NCBI GenBank assembly: GCA_038231455.1
Contig: JBBRLI010000006.1
Location: 111,404-175,403, forward strand
DNA length: 64,000 nucleotides
Source: Vulcanimicrobiales bacterium
Lineage (GTDB): Bacteria > Vulcanimicrobiota > Vulcanimicrobiia > Vulcanimicrobiales > Vulcanimicrobiaceae
Reading direction: 5' to 3'
Every line of letters starts with the position of its first letter. Positions within the stretch are counted from its first letter, which is position 1. Shown piece after piece: positions 1-9,302 of the stretch. A program made the position numbers and the translations under genes. The notes under the pieces were generated by a model. It was not told where the DNA came from. It ran no database searches and worked only from the letters and a program-made list of their open reading frames with translations.

Positions 1-474
1 GACACGAGCGAGCGCGCAGAATGGCTCGTCGAGCGGTAACTCGCGCACGGAGACGGCAATCTGCAAAGCGATCTTGGCGAGTCGATCCGACGGTGCAACG
101 GTGATGCGCAGAAGTGCGCTCGATTCCGCCGCGCGCCGACGCGCGAGAACGGTTGCTCGGAGGAGGGAGAGGACGAGAACGGTCGCGATGATGGCGTAAA
201 GCACGCGTCCGGCCTCAGTTTGGAAACATGCCGCATGCACGCCACCGATCAAAGCAGCGACCGCGAGCGCGAGGACGAGCGTTCCGGGAAGAATCGCCGC
301 AATCGATGCGAGCGCCGCTTGCCAAGTCGCGTCGCCGGACATCTTACGTAGCGAACCAAGCGCGAGCCGCAATGCCGCCCACGCGGCAAGCGGAACCACG
401 AGGAGCGCGCAGGCGGACGAGAGCAGCACGCCGCTGCGAAAGCAGTCGGCAAAAAATAAGCCGAAGTCAGGCAC
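1..474 (-). CDS. M56/M48-type membrane metallopeptidase (BlaR1-like), N-terminal part, runs off window start
   Basis: Hand-translated open frame from GTG at 474 (MPDFGLFFADCFRSGVLL...AAILPGTLVLALAVAALIGG...ELPLDEPFCALARV) with several TM segments; overlaps the stop of the BlaI-like gene, the usual BlaI-M56 arrangement. HExxH would lie outside the window. Confidence 0.65.
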   Translation of the reverse strand, partial: MPDFGLFFADCFRSGVLLSSACALLVVPLAAWAALRLALGSLRKMSGDATWQAALASIAAILPGTLVLALAVAALIGGVHAACFQTEAGRVLYAIIATVLVLSLLRATVLARRRAAESSALLRITVAPSDRLAKIALQIAVSVRELPLDEPFCALARV

Positions 475-901
475 GGCGTGCCTCGGCGCGTTTGGCGGCT
501 AAGAGCTTGGCAAATTCTTCGTAGCTCTCATCATCGTTTGCGAGTTCGCCCGCAATATGCGCGAGGAGCGGATTGCGCTGGCTTCTATAGAGAGGGCGAA
601 GCACGTCGCCGATCACCGATGCTTGGAACGCTTCACGCGAAATCGCCGGGATAAACAGGTTCGCTCGCCCGGCCGACTTTTTGTTCAGGTGGAGCTTATT
701 TACGAGATTCTGCATGATCGTCTTGACCGTCGAATAGGCGAGCGTCTTACCCTCACCGGACTTCTCGATTTCGGTCATCACATCGCTGACGGCCATCCAA
801 TCGCCATATGCCCACATGATCTCGATCACGCGAGATTCGAGTGGGCCAAGGGCGCTGGCCGTATCGTCGGCGCCACCGATGCGGATCGTACGCAAACTCA
901 T
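467..901 (-). CDS. BlaI/MecI/CopY family transcriptional repressor
   Basis: LGPLESRVIEIMW...LAYSTVKTIMQNLVNK...GRANLFIPAISREAF matches the BlaI wHTH pattern. Confidence 0.88.
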   Translation of the reverse strand: MSLRTIRIGGADDTASALGPLESRVIEIMWAYGDWMAVSDVMTEIEKSGEGKTLAYSTVKTIMQNLVNKLHLNKKSAGRANLFIPAISREAFQASVIGDVLRPLYRSQRNPLLAHIAGELANDDESYEEFAKLLAAKRAEARRA

Positions 902-975
902 CTGCTAAGGACGCTAGCATATGCCTCGCAGCCGGTCAATCGGATATCATGCAGCGTACGTTCCGCAGTCCTGTA

Positions 976-1018
976 TTGACTTAATTGGATACAAGGCATA
1001 GAATCGAAATATGTCGAT
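976..1018 (+). promoter_or_regulatory. sigma70-type promoter of arsR with overlapping ArsR-type operator; probably leaderless
   Basis: TTGACT(976-981)-N17-TAGAAT(999-1004), ATG 6 nt later at 1011; inverted repeat ATCGA-N6-TCGAT (1003-1018) spans the start codon. Confidence 0.7.
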
Positions 1019-1343
1019 ACAACGTTGTTGCCCGCCGGCCGTCGTCGATGACTCGGATCGCTCGGAGCAGTCCAGCCTTTTTAAGGCGCTCGGAGATCCC
1101 CATCGCCTGGCCATGCTCGCGACGCTAGCGCGGACGGATGACGAGGTCTGCGTTTGCGACTTCACCAGCGCCTTGCCCTTAGAGCAACCGACGATATCAC
1201 ACCACCTCCGATTGCTTCGCGACGCACGCTTGGTTACGTCCGAGCGACGCGGTACATGGGTGTACTATCGCCTGGCAAGCGATGCGTCTGAACGCATTGA
1301 CGCCGCACTACGCTCGGTACTTCCGCAGAAAGTTCTTGCATGA
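1011..1343 (+). CDS. arsR: ArsR/SmtB family arsenic-responsive repressor
   Basis: FKALGDPHRL, EVCVCDF metal-binding box, QPTISHHLRLLRDARLV, ERRGTWVYYRL; heads an ars operon. Confidence 0.92.
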   Translation: MSIQRCCPPAVVDDSDRSEQSSLFKALGDPHRLAMLATLARTDDEVCVCDFTSALPLEQPTISHHLRLLRDARLVTSERRGTWVYYRLASDASERIDAALRSVLPQKVLA

Positions 1344-1741
1344 AGATGCATCTGAACCTCGCGACGCGCGACCTCGAAGGCAGCATCGCATTTTACTCAA
1401 CGCTCTTTGCCGCCAAGCCGTCCAAGCAACTCCCCGATTACGCGCTCTTTATCACCGAGCACCCGGGACTCGAATTGGCGCTCGATCTCGACCTCGGCGC
1501 TCGAATCGGTGTCAGTGAGCATTTCGGTATCGTTGTCGATTCGCCGCACGAAGTCGATGCTCAGATCGAGCGATTGCGGAATGCCGGCTACGCAGTCGAT
1601 ATCGAACGTGGCGAGACGTGCTGCTATGCAAATCAAACGAAAGTTTGGGCGAGTGACCCGGAAGGGCGACGTTGGGAGACCTACTTCGTTCACGAAGAAA
1701 CCGAGGCGCGCGACGACGATCAGACATCATGCTGCACCTAG
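1340..1741 (+). CDS. ArsI/CadI family VOC-fold protein (putative C-As lyase)
   Basis: MHLNL...SIAFYSTLF, EHFGIVV, TCCYANQTKVWASDPEGRRWE with vicinal CC pair; C-terminal SCCT. Confidence 0.85.
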   Translation: MKMHLNLATRDLEGSIAFYSTLFAAKPSKQLPDYALFITEHPGLELALDLDLGARIGVSEHFGIVVDSPHEVDAQIERLRNAGYAVDIERGETCCYANQTKVWASDPEGRRWETYFVHEETEARDDDQTSCCT

Positions 1742-1760
1742 GTCTCGATTTGGAGAAGGT

Positions 1761-2477
1761 GTGAATTATCGCGCAGTCGCCGCCGAATTTTTTGGCTCGG
1801 TCTTCTTGCTCTTGGCCGTCGTCGGGTCGGGAATTATGGCGGAACGGCTTAGCGGCGGAAACGTCGGCGTCGCGCTCCTTGCGAACACCATCGCGACCGG
1901 TGGAGCCCTCATCGCGCTTATTTTAGCTTTCGGACCCGTATCCGGCGCGCACTTCAATCCAGCCGTGACCCTGGCCGATGCGTGGCAACGCGGACTCGCT
2001 TGGTCGATGGTCATGCCGTATTTTATCGCTCAGATCGCTGGCGCAATACTTGGGACGGCGCTTGCGAACACGCTGTTCGGCCTGCCGGTTTTTTTTGCTT
2101 CGCACCACTCGCGCTCGGGCGCGGTCCTGCTCGTTAGTGAGTTCGTCGCGACCTTTGGGCTGCTCGCCGTCATCTGGGGCTGCGTACGCTCGCGCCCATC
2201 GGTAACTCCGTTTGCCGTCGCCGCATATATCGTTGGGGCATACTGGTTCACGCCGTCCACCTCGTTCGCAAATCCCGCTGTGACGATCGCTCGTTCACTC
2301 ACCGATACGTTCGCGGGGATTCGGCCGCAAGATGCCCCGGGTTTTATCATCGTTCAGTTCGCCGGTGCAATCGCGGCGACCGCGCTCTTCGCCTGGCTAG
2401 CCCCGATCTCTTCGGCCACGGCAAAAGCCGTTGTCGTCCCACATTCGAAGGAGAGCCGTGAACTTGTCAGCCGCTAA
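1761..2477 (+). CDS. MIP family aquaglyceroporin (AqpS-like arsenite channel)
   Basis: Two NPA motifs (SGAHFNPAVT, STSFANPAVT), AEFFG, six TM segments; GTG start at 1761 after GGAGAAGG. Confidence 0.9.
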   Translation: MNYRAVAAEFFGSVFLLLAVVGSGIMAERLSGGNVGVALLANTIATGGALIALILAFGPVSGAHFNPAVTLADAWQRGLAWSMVMPYFIAQIAGAILGTALANTLFGLPVFFASHHSRSGAVLLVSEFVATFGLLAVIWGCVRSRPSVTPFAVAAYIVGAYWFTPSTSFANPAVTIARSLTDTFAGIRPQDAPGFIIVQFAGAIAATALFAWLAPISSATAKAVVVPHSKESRELVSR

Positions 2478-2877
2478 CCAGACGCCATTCGTGTTGTTCG
2501 TTTGTCGGCACAACACCGGCCGTTCGCAGATGGCGGAAGCGTATCTGCGGCACTTCGCGGGCGATAAAATCGAAGTCGCCTCAGCGGGAACGATCGCCGC
2601 CGCGGTCCCCGATCCGCGCGTTGTCGCGATCATGGCGGAGGATGGTATCGATATCAGTGCTGCGCGGCCAAAACTGCTCGACGCGGAGAAAGCCAAGATC
2701 GCCGATCGCATTATAACGATGGGTTGCGATGTTGAAGGCGTGCCTCGGATCGATGCAGATTGGGGTCTTGCCGATCCCAAAGGTCAGCCGCCTGAGGCCG
2801 TTCGCGAGATTCGGAACACGATCAAAGAAAAAGCCCGCGAGTTAGCGGCCGCCCTACTTGGAACGAACAAAGCTTAG
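2458..2877 (+). CDS. arsC: LMW-PTP-fold arsenate reductase
   Basis: VLFVCRHNTGRSQMAEA P-loop (CX5R), SAGT, DWGLADPKGQ; GTG start at 2458 after GAAGGAG. Confidence 0.85.
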   Translation: MNLSAANQTPFVLFVCRHNTGRSQMAEAYLRHFAGDKIEVASAGTIAAAVPDPRVVAIMAEDGIDISAARPKLLDAEKAKIADRIITMGCDVEGVPRIDADWGLADPKGQPPEAVREIRNTIKEKARELAAALLGTNKA

Positions 2878-2927
2878 ACTCGGTGGGGTCTGCCCCGACG
2901 CCGACTTGCAAGGACCGTGCATCACCT

Positions 2928-5900
2928 TTAAACGGTGATCGCCATTCCGCGATAAATACGCGAACGATAGCGACTGTCGTCGGCGGCGGGTAGTGGGCCG
3001 GATTCAAGGACGAGCGCGCGCGCGAAACGGTCGAGTTCTTCTTGTTGCTCGCTCGTATTACGCGGTTCTTCGCTTTGCACACGGCGCGTGACGTTGATCT
3101 GATTGACCGGCACTTCATGCACGAGACGTTCGTTCTCGACGGCAATCGTTGCGGTAAGGGCGTGCAGTGTGGTCTTGATGAAATTCGCCAGCGCAAATTC
3201 CACCGGGTTGCCGCCAAATGGAACGTCGGGGGAGACGAAGACCAGTCGCACGTCTTCGAGCAGTGACACCGTTCGTGCGACGCGAAAGTGATTGGTGATA
3301 TTCTCCTCGATCATCGCTTCGAATCCGGGTCCATCGAGAGCGTGATCGCCTTCGAAAAGCGCGTTCGGTAAGAGACCGAGCGGCATGGAGACGACAGCCG
3401 CCGGGTTCGGATATTCGCTCAGTGCGCGATCGAGCCCGGTCTCGAGGTCCGCGCCGATGACGATGTCGACGATGCGTTCCGCGATCGTCGATCCGACGCG
3501 TTGACGGACGTGTTTTACTGCTTGTTGCGTGCACGTGATTAGCACCACGCGATCGACGCCGCACTCTTCGACATACGCACGGGCCGCGCGCACCATGTGT
3601 TCGATCGGATGCTCGCCGACGATCCAGACGTTTCGCCCGCGCAGTTGCGCCACGCGCTCGTCCTTCGAGCGACCGAAGAGTTCTCGCTCGGTAATCGAGC
3701 GTTCTTGGCGCAGACCGCCCGAGGGTTGAAACGTTTCGCCCGAGACGGCGCGATCGGCAAGGAAGTACACCGTCGCAAGCGCGACTTCGAGTTCGCTCGG
3801 CATATGCTGCAAATGCAGCATTTTTAGCACCCCCGACCGCACTTTTTCCGCTTCGCGTTCGACCTCGCGCGGTGCAAAGAATGGTTCGGCGGGACGTTGT
3901 GCGATGCCGCATTTGACGTCATCTGAGAGACGATGGCTGCGCTGCAAACGCTCGCAAAGCTTTCGTGAGATATCTTCGTCCATCAGCGCCGTAGCGAATG
4001 ATGAACCTTCGCTTGCGGCCGCCCCCTTCACGATTGCATCGCAGAGATTGCGCAGCGTCGCGGGCGTTGAAGGATCAGCGATGATCTCCGCAATGTCGTT
4101 CCGCATTGCCGCCTGCAGGAACAGATGCGTTTCGCCGCCCGTGCGCACGTGCGCGATCGCCGCGGCGTAGATTGCATTCAGTCTCTTTGCGGCTAAAATC
4201 AGCTTGCCGCGGCGTTCGAAGAGACCCGGTCCGCCGCCCGTGCCGGCGAGACGGTCGCCCGCAACCGGTCCTGGGGCGATTGCGTTGATTTGAATTTCGG
4301 GACCGACGAATTGCGCGAGCGTCTCGACGATTGCGCGCTGCCCGGCTTTGGATACGGCATAGTCGCTTCGATTGGGATAGGCGACGGCAACGTATTTCTC
4401 TCCGCCGAAGTACGAGCTAACGTTAAGAATGTAGCCGCTGCCGCGCTTTTTCATCTCTGGAACGACGCGCGCCATCAGCGCAAAGTTCGAGATCAGGTTG
4501 GCTTTGAGCGTTCGGCGCCAGCTCTCGAGCGGCATATCGACGACCATTTGTTCGGCCCCCGCTATCCCGGCATTGTTAATGAGATAGTCGATCGAACCGA
4601 ACCGGGAAAGACCACGATCGATCGCAAGGGCGAGCGTCGCGTCGTCTGCGACATCGACGCCGTCGAGTGTTTCGATTCGCGCCGCGGCGTCGTCGTAGCC
4701 GATGGCCGTGAGTTCGCTAACGATATTCTTGCGCATCGTTGCGAGTTGATCCGCACGACGCGCAGCGATGATCACCCGCGCGCCCGCGATTGCCAGCAGT
4801 CGAGCGATCTGGCCGCCAATACCGGCGGAACCTCCCGTAATGAAGGCGACTTTGCCGCGATGGAGGCCGATGAGGCTCTCGCTTGCGCCAAACGTAGCGC
4901 GGGTCGCGCCCGTGCCTTCGCCAAGCGAATCGGGTAAGTACAGATTCACGGGCTTCGTGCGCCGGTTGGTGTAAAGAAGTTTCGCTGTCCACGCCGCTGC
5001 GAACCGCAGCCCTTCGTCTTCGGTATTCGTCCAGCGCACGATTTGATTTGACCAGTCGGCAAAGGGCCGTTTACCAGCCGACGCGTCGAGTTCCGATTCG
5101 TCACGCCAAACGCGCACGAGCTGTTCTACCGCGGCGCGCCAGATATCGCCATAGACGTTGCCGCGACCGTCGTCTCCGTTCCCGAGAAAAACGACGCGCG
5201 GGTTAGCGCCGATGCGGGCGGTACTCCAATACCGTCCGAGTTCGCGCGCAATCACGATCGCGCCCACGATCTCGCCGTCCAAGAACGCGTCGACGTCCTC
5301 ATCGCTGGCGTCGGCCAGCGGCTTGGTGAAATGCTTGGGACCGAACGCGGGCAAAATGACGGCGCCGTGCACGGCACCCGATGTGCGCCGCAACATCGTT
5401 GCGACCGCGTCGGGATCGCGCCGGTCGAGTGCGAGCGTGCGAATGTTGCGATCGAGTTCCAAGTCTCCGAGCTTCGAAGATGCGCTCGTGAGCGCCGCGT
5501 CGTTTGGGACGCTAAGCAAGACCGTAGCTCCGCATTCCGCGTGCGCTCGTGCAACGGCGATGCCGGCTTCGACATCTTCGCCTGAGACGACAAGCACGGT
5601 ACGTCCCGACGCATCGACGATGCGTAGACCGGGACGTGCGGTAAACGTGCTGCGACTTTCCTGTCGCACAAGCATGCCGTGCGTGATCTCGAAGTTGTGT
5701 CCGCTGATCGCGCCCGAATCGTCACTGCCGAGAAAAACCGTCGTGGATGCCACATCGCCAATCGTCGGAAACGGTGTGGCAGGAATGGCGTCCGTGCCGC
5801 CGTTCCGTGAGAGCGTCATCATATCGGTGATCTCGTTTGCCGTGGTGCCGGAAGGCGCGCTGCGGAGGGCGTCCATCGAAGCAAATACGCTATGGATGCG

Positions 5901-6563
5901 CTCGCTCTCGATCGGGCCGGGAAAGACGGTATTCACGCGAATGCCGCGCTCGCCAAGTTCGTATGCCAGGCGCCGCGACCACGCATTGAGTGCAGCCTTT
6001 GGTACGACGTACCCCGCGCGTCCGAAATAGGCCGTGCGCGAAAAAATTGTGGAAATATTAATGATCGAGGCACCCGGCGCCAAATGTGGAGCTGCGGCGC
6101 GTACGACATTCCATGCCACGCCGAAAAGGTTTCGAGCGGCATCGCCGACCGTCTCGGTGTCGCTTGCACCACCCGCTCGCAGACGCTCGAGATCCGCGTT
6201 CGATATCGGCACGTTTTCGAGTTGTTGGCGTGGTCCGGCGGACCCGGCATTATTCACCAGGACGTCAATTCGGCCGAAGTGCTCGAGGATGCGTGCAATA
6301 CCCGCACGCGCTTGCACGGGATCGCCTGCGTCAAATGGGCTCACGAAGATGCGATCGGCATCAACGTCGGTCTCGGCGATCAGCTTGATTCGGGCGTTGG
6401 CAAGTTTGTCGCCGTCACGCCCGACCATGGCAATCCGTGCTCCCTCAGCAAGGTAACGGCGCGATATTTCGCCGCCAATATTGCCCGCGGCTCCCGTGAT
6501 GACCGCGACCTTGCCCGCAAGTCGCAAAACGGGGAGAGACCGGACCGAGTCGACTGAAGCCAT
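2928..6563 (-). CDS. mcr: Bifunctional malonyl-CoA reductase (malonyl-CoA to 3-hydroxypropionate), Chloroflexus Mcr-type tandem SDR
   Basis: ~1210 aa. N-terminal SDR RLAGKVAVITGAAGNIG...STIFSRTAYFGRAGYVVPK; second SDR ESLIGLHRGKVAFITGGSAGIGGQI...NVSSYFGGEK...YPNRSDYAVSKAGQRA; C-terminus FALANFIKTTLHA...EEPR...RIYRGMAITV. Collinear with Chloroflexus Mcr as I recall it. Start ATG 6563 or GTG 6581. Confidence 0.93.
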   Translation of the reverse strand: MASVDSVRSLPVLRLAGKVAVITGAAGNIGGEISRRYLAEGARIAMVGRDGDKLANARIKLIAETDVDADRIFVSPFDAGDPVQARAGIARILEHFGRIDVLVNNAGSAGPRQQLENVPISNADLERLRAGGASDTETVGDAARNLFGVAWNVVRAAAPHLAPGASIINISTIFSRTAYFGRAGYVVPKAALNAWSRRLAYELGERGIRVNTVFPGPIESERIHSVFASMDALRSAPSGTTANEITDMMTLSRNGGTDAIPATPFPTIGDVASTTVFLGSDDSGAISGHNFEITHGMLVRQESRSTFTARPGLRIVDASGRTVLVVSGEDVEAGIAVARAHAECGATVLLSVPNDAALTSASSKLGDLELDRNIRTLALDRRDPDAVATMLRRTSGAVHGAVILPAFGPKHFTKPLADASDEDVDAFLDGEIVGAIVIARELGRYWSTARIGANPRVVFLGNGDDGRGNVYGDIWRAAVEQLVRVWRDESELDASAGKRPFADWSNQIVRWTNTEDEGLRFAAAWTAKLLYTNRRTKPVNLYLPDSLGEGTGATRATFGASESLIGLHRGKVAFITGGSAGIGGQIARLLAIAGARVIIAARRADQLATMRKNIVSELTAIGYDDAAARIETLDGVDVADDATLALAIDRGLSRFGSIDYLINNAGIAGAEQMVVDMPLESWRRTLKANLISNFALMARVVPEMKKRGSGYILNVSSYFGGEKYVAVAYPNRSDYAVSKAGQRAIVETLAQFVGPEIQINAIAPGPVAGDRLAGTGGGPGLFERRGKLILAAKRLNAIYAAAIAHVRTGGETHLFLQAAMRNDIAEIIADPSTPATLRNLCDAIVKGAAASEGSSFATALMDEDISRKLCERLQRSHRLSDDVKCGIAQRPAEPFFAPREVEREAEKVRSGVLKMLHLQHMPSELEVALATVYFLADRAVSGETFQPSGGLRQERSITERELFGRSKDERVAQLRGRNVWIVGEHPIEHMVRAARAYVEECGVDRVVLITCTQQAVKHVRQRVGSTIAERIVDIVIGADLETGLDRALSEYPNPAAVVSMPLGLLPNALFEGDHALDGPGFEAMIEENITNHFRVARTVSLLEDVRLVFVSPDVPFGGNPVEFALANFIKTTLHALTATIAVENERLVHEVPVNQINVTRRVQSEEPRNTSEQQEELDRFARALVLESGPLPAADDSRYRSRIYRGMAITV

Positions 6564-6616
6564 CCTGAACGTGATCCCCACAAGAGAAGAAGCCGTTGGT
6601 CGCCAGAAGCCCCCTT

Positions 6617-6657
6617 ATAATACCCAACCATTGATGAATAGCAACCCATCCAATGGT
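6617..6657 (-). promoter_or_regulatory. Putative mcr promoter overlapped by an inverted repeat
   Basis: Minus strand TTGCTA(6644-6639)-N16-TATTAT(6622-6617); IR ACCATTGATG(6627-6636)...CATCCAATGGT(6647-6657) in an AT-rich patch. Confidence 0.5.
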
Positions 6658-6776
6658 AGAATCTTTGGCGGGGTCTGCCTGAACCGGAAAAAATCTTCCG
6701 GGGGAGGACGCCTGTCGGTAGCCGGGCGAGTCGGGCTGCCGGATACCGAGAACCGAATAGACATCAACGGCGCCCG

Positions 6777-9299
6777 CTACGGGAGATGTAGACGGATCGC
6801 GTGCCAGACGAGGCCCGGCTCGTACCGGTGGGTCACGACGCCCGTCTCGTGATCCATGGCGTAGAGTCGTAGCCAGCGATTATCGACCAGGTTGCGGACC
6901 GAATCGTGCTTCGCGATAACGGCATCCATCGCGGCCGTTGGAGCAGCGATGATCACATTGAGACGTTGCGGCTCGTGCATGAACCGCTCCCCATCGTGCA
7001 CCGATTGCCAGGGAAGCCCAACCCGAAGATCGCCAGCGTTCCCTTCGAGCACCCCAAGACACCCGGTGACGTTGTGTAAGACCTTATTGCCGGCGCCGAA
7101 GAGTCGATTGTTCACGACCGAACCGTAATATTGAAGATTGATCCAGCTTGCAACGACCATCGGCGCCACCATGATCAGTTCGAGGACGCCGCGGGTCGTG
7201 TCGAGATCGAAGCGGTAATCGTGCAAAAAGGCGCGGCCTTCGAAATCGATGCCGCGCGTGAACTCACGCGGCGCGGCGATGAATGCCGCGTTGTTTGCCA
7301 GTGCCCATTCGGGCCGCACTTGCGCCCAATCGCGGCTACGCACCAGCACGCGACGGTCCGTGTTCTCATCGACCGGGATACCCATGAGCGGCGCGCGTTC
7401 GCGCCGCGTGATCGCGCTCGAGGTTCGAAGCCACCCGTGAACGTCGGTAATTAGCGGGCGATGCGAGCTTGGCAACCGATCCTCATCGTAGATCGTAATT
7501 TCATCGGTCGTTGTGTCGTGCAGGCAGCCTAGGAACCATGTATCATCTGGAATATCGATTCCGCGGCTACGCAGGCCGACGCGAACACCCGGATCGTTGC
7601 AGATGTCCGCTGCCACGCGCGCGTTGGCCTCGCCGGTATGCCCGCCACATGCTCCGCAATCGAGTCCCGATGCGTGCGGGTTGTTGACGGTCGTGCTACC
7701 GTGACCGACCATCATGACCAGCGGCGCGAAGTTTCCTTTCATTGACATCGCGCCGAGCACGGCTTCCGCCATGTCGATCTTTTTTTCATCGGTAAATCCG
7801 GTCGGGCTTCCGCCATCGTTACGCGCCTCGATTTCGGGACCGAGCTTTTGAATCGTCGTCGCGTCAAGACCGTCCGTATTGGGGTCGGTGGTCGGTCGCG
7901 TGAGTGCAAGGCTATCGGTCAGAATTTTACCCGCGAACAAGATGCCGCCGGTTTTGACGAAAATGAACGATGAAACAGCCGAGAGTTTAAACGACTTCCA
8001 GGCCTTATACGCGCGTCGTCGCAAGAGCCGCAGACCGAGGATCTCGGCGTTATCATCGCGCGAGACGCTTTGAACGACTTGTCGTACCGTAAATGCGGGC
8101 GTGAGCAGGACGGGACACTGCGCACCTCCGCGCAGGTGTCCGATCGGCACGTACTCGATCGGGTAGCCAAAGAAACCCGCAAATCCAATCGTTTGCACAC
8201 CCGGCGCTACGCTCTCTAAGGCCCGCCGGTACACTTCGGAACGAACGTCGATGCAGAAAGCCGCTTGCAACTGCGGGCGCGCAGCAACTGCAACGACGGC
8301 GGGGGATCCGAGCTTCGCGAGAAGCCGCCGCTCGTACGCCGCCTCGTATGCTTCTTGCGCAAGAATATCGATGCTCAGTTCGGGATCATCCCCGAGTCGC
8401 TCGTCCAGCGGAATTGAGGCAGCGTCGTGCATCGCGCGCTCCCAAGCAGAACGGAATTCCGTATCGGAGCGTTGCATGAAAAGCGCGTATCCCCAAACCA
8501 CGCGGATCGCGAGCAACTGAACCAGTGCATCGTTGGTGCCGCCGTAGAGTTCGCTCTCCCAGACGAGATACCGCGCGTACGATGCCCAACCCGCGATGTC
8601 GAGGAGCGTTTGATGCAAGTACTCGACGAGTGCACGCGGTGGGACGCCGAGCTTCTCGACGACTTCCGCGATAGCTGCGACGGGATCAGCCGGCATGCTT
8701 GCCACGATCCGGCGGAAGCCGGCGATGCCCATGACTTCGGGATTGCGATCGTACTGCATTGCTGCGCGCCACGCGGCAAACGGTCGTAGTTCGCGCTCGG
8801 GTAATTGCCAGACCGTCTGTCCTTCATCAAAATACGCCGCGCTGAATCGTGAAATCTCATCGATCATGAACGCGGTGCCCGAGACCTGGCGATTGCCCTC
8901 GGCGAGCGCGTCGATGATCTCCGCGACACTAGCGACGTGCGCGGGGTGCTTTCTGCGTGCACCTTCCTCCAGCGCGAGCGACTCTTTGAATTCCGCTACC
9001 GTCTTGGGTGCCTGCCATTCGTGCGGCGCAGCGAAGAGCGCCGTCGCGATATCGGCGTCTTCGATTCGTCCGCTCGCGAGCGCTTCGCGGTAGAACGAGC
9101 GCGGCATCAGCATATCGGCACGCGCCACCCGGTACATCGTGGCGCACGTCGCGTGAAAGCTTTGGTGCGTGAATCCAAGAAATGGATTGACGGCGACAAA
9201 GTGTTTGAGCGGCCAGAGCGGCGCAATGCGATTGCAGGCTTGTGCGATCACCGATTCGAGATCGATTGTCTTGAGCGTTTCGGGAACGTTGAGGGTCAT
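6777..9299 (-). CDS. dabA: DabA (DUF2309/UPF0753) beta-carbonic-anhydrase-like subunit of the DAB inorganic carbon pump
   Basis: IAPLWPLKHFVAVNPF; Zn-ligand motifs FCIDVRSE, GHGS, LDCGACGG; DWAQVRPEWALANN, GRAFLHDY, WINLQYY. Confidence 0.93.
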   Translation of the reverse strand: MTLNVPETLKTIDLESVIAQACNRIAPLWPLKHFVAVNPFLGFTHQSFHATCATMYRVARADMLMPRSFYREALASGRIEDADIATALFAAPHEWQAPKTVAEFKESLALEEGARRKHPAHVASVAEIIDALAEGNRQVSGTAFMIDEISRFSAAYFDEGQTVWQLPERELRPFAAWRAAMQYDRNPEVMGIAGFRRIVASMPADPVAAIAEVVEKLGVPPRALVEYLHQTLLDIAGWASYARYLVWESELYGGTNDALVQLLAIRVVWGYALFMQRSDTEFRSAWERAMHDAASIPLDERLGDDPELSIDILAQEAYEAAYERRLLAKLGSPAVVAVAARPQLQAAFCIDVRSEVYRRALESVAPGVQTIGFAGFFGYPIEYVPIGHLRGGAQCPVLLTPAFTVRQVVQSVSRDDNAEILGLRLLRRRAYKAWKSFKLSAVSSFIFVKTGGILFAGKILTDSLALTRPTTDPNTDGLDATTIQKLGPEIEARNDGGSPTGFTDEKKIDMAEAVLGAMSMKGNFAPLVMMVGHGSTTVNNPHASGLDCGACGGHTGEANARVAADICNDPGVRVGLRSRGIDIPDDTWFLGCLHDTTTDEITIYDEDRLPSSHRPLITDVHGWLRTSSAITRRERAPLMGIPVDENTDRRVLVRSRDWAQVRPEWALANNAAFIAAPREFTRGIDFEGRAFLHDYRFDLDTTRGVLELIMVAPMVVASWINLQYYGSVVNNRLFGAGNKVLHNVTGCLGVLEGNAGDLRVGLPWQSVHDGERFMHEPQRLNVIIAAPTAAMDAVIAKHDSVRNLVDNRWLRLYAMDHETGVVTHRYEPGLVWHAIRLHLP

Positions 9300-9302
9300 T
9301 TG

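Noticed and set aside
1407-1760. Apparent N-terminal extension fusing onto the aquaporin
   Set aside because: It overlaps the arsI/cadI gene in another frame; an SD-preceded GTG at 1761 gives a normal MIP
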